From the IMG/VR virus record IMGVR_UViG_2909309443_000009: a DNA stretch of 26,385 nucleotides; one strand, written 5' to 3'. This DNA comes from a virus. Lineage: Duplodnaviria; Heunggongvirae; Uroviricota; Caudoviricetes. How positions within the stretch are numbered: the first letter of the stretch is position 1; every line of letters starts with the position of its first letter. The translations under genes and the position numbers were made by a program. The notes under the pieces are model-generated. The model was not told the DNA's origin and searched no databases. It was given only the letters and a program-made list of their open reading frames with translations. Shown here one piece after another: positions 26,172-26,385 of this stretch.

Positions 26172-26385
26172 CCCTGCTAATTCATTTTCTATAGAAGCAA
26201 GGAAAGAAGCTTTTCGGAGAGCTGAAGCCAGTCTTTTTTTATCAAGTAAAGATCCCAAAGGCTCCTCATTTTTTAATGAAATAAAAACTAAGGTAATCAA
26301 TGGAGAGCTAACCTATGAAGAGGCAAAGAGAGAAGTATTAAATTATCACATTGAACAATCTAAAAATCAAAATAAAAGAGGCTAA
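26158..26385 (+). CDS. Small helical protein resembling VbhA-type antitoxins of Fic-family toxins (tentative)
   Basis: 75 aa; EARKEAFRRAEASLFLS ... INGELTYEEAKREVL pattern; overlaps the upstream gene end; stop codon is the last triplet of the window. Confidence 0.3.
   Translation: MNKNNPANSFSIEARKEAFRRAEASLFLSSKDPKGSSFFNEIKTKVINGELTYEEAKREVLNYHIEQSKNQNKRG

Overview
This 26.4-kb window reads as a mosaic accessory region of an enterobacterial (E. coli-like) chromosome, built from remnants of several integrative elements rather than core genes. All calls come from reading the sequence and the ORF translations by eye; no searches, alignments or GC calculations were run, so family assignments are motif-level and AT-richness is a visual impression. 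Left to right: an AT-rich AraC-family regulator (1-753, -); a 66-nt 3' fragment of a tRNA-Ser gene (1329-1394, att remnant); a GIY-YIG nuclease-domain protein (1572-2345); a Pin/Gin-type invertible tail-fibre cassette (crossover sites 3012-3037 and 4755-4780) that has lost the constant tail-fibre 5' region and is flanked by two inverted, near-identical pin invertase genes. Next comes an AT-rich cargo segment carrying a single 1484-aa STAND/NACHT-like P-loop NTPase (5912-10366), which is my top candidate for an undescribed single-gene defence system. It is followed by a 46-nt tRNA-Thr 3' fragment (10750-10795) and a tyrosine integrase split by a complete IS66-family element (11588-14285, 8-bp target duplication TGCCAAGC). 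A lambdoid early-right operon lies on the minus strand (cro, CII-like, O-like initiator with internal iterons, PerC-like, Dam methylase, LexA-DBD-like, rusA fragment), diverging from a cI-type repressor (18215-18907). Downstream are a YfdQRST-like block, xis and an intact integrase (22883-24046) ending at a second, inverted copy of the same tRNA-Thr att core (24061-24109), then a second unrelated integrase, an AT-rich 7-TM membrane protein and a small VbhA-like protein at the window edge. No intact tRNA, rRNA or CRISPR array is present.
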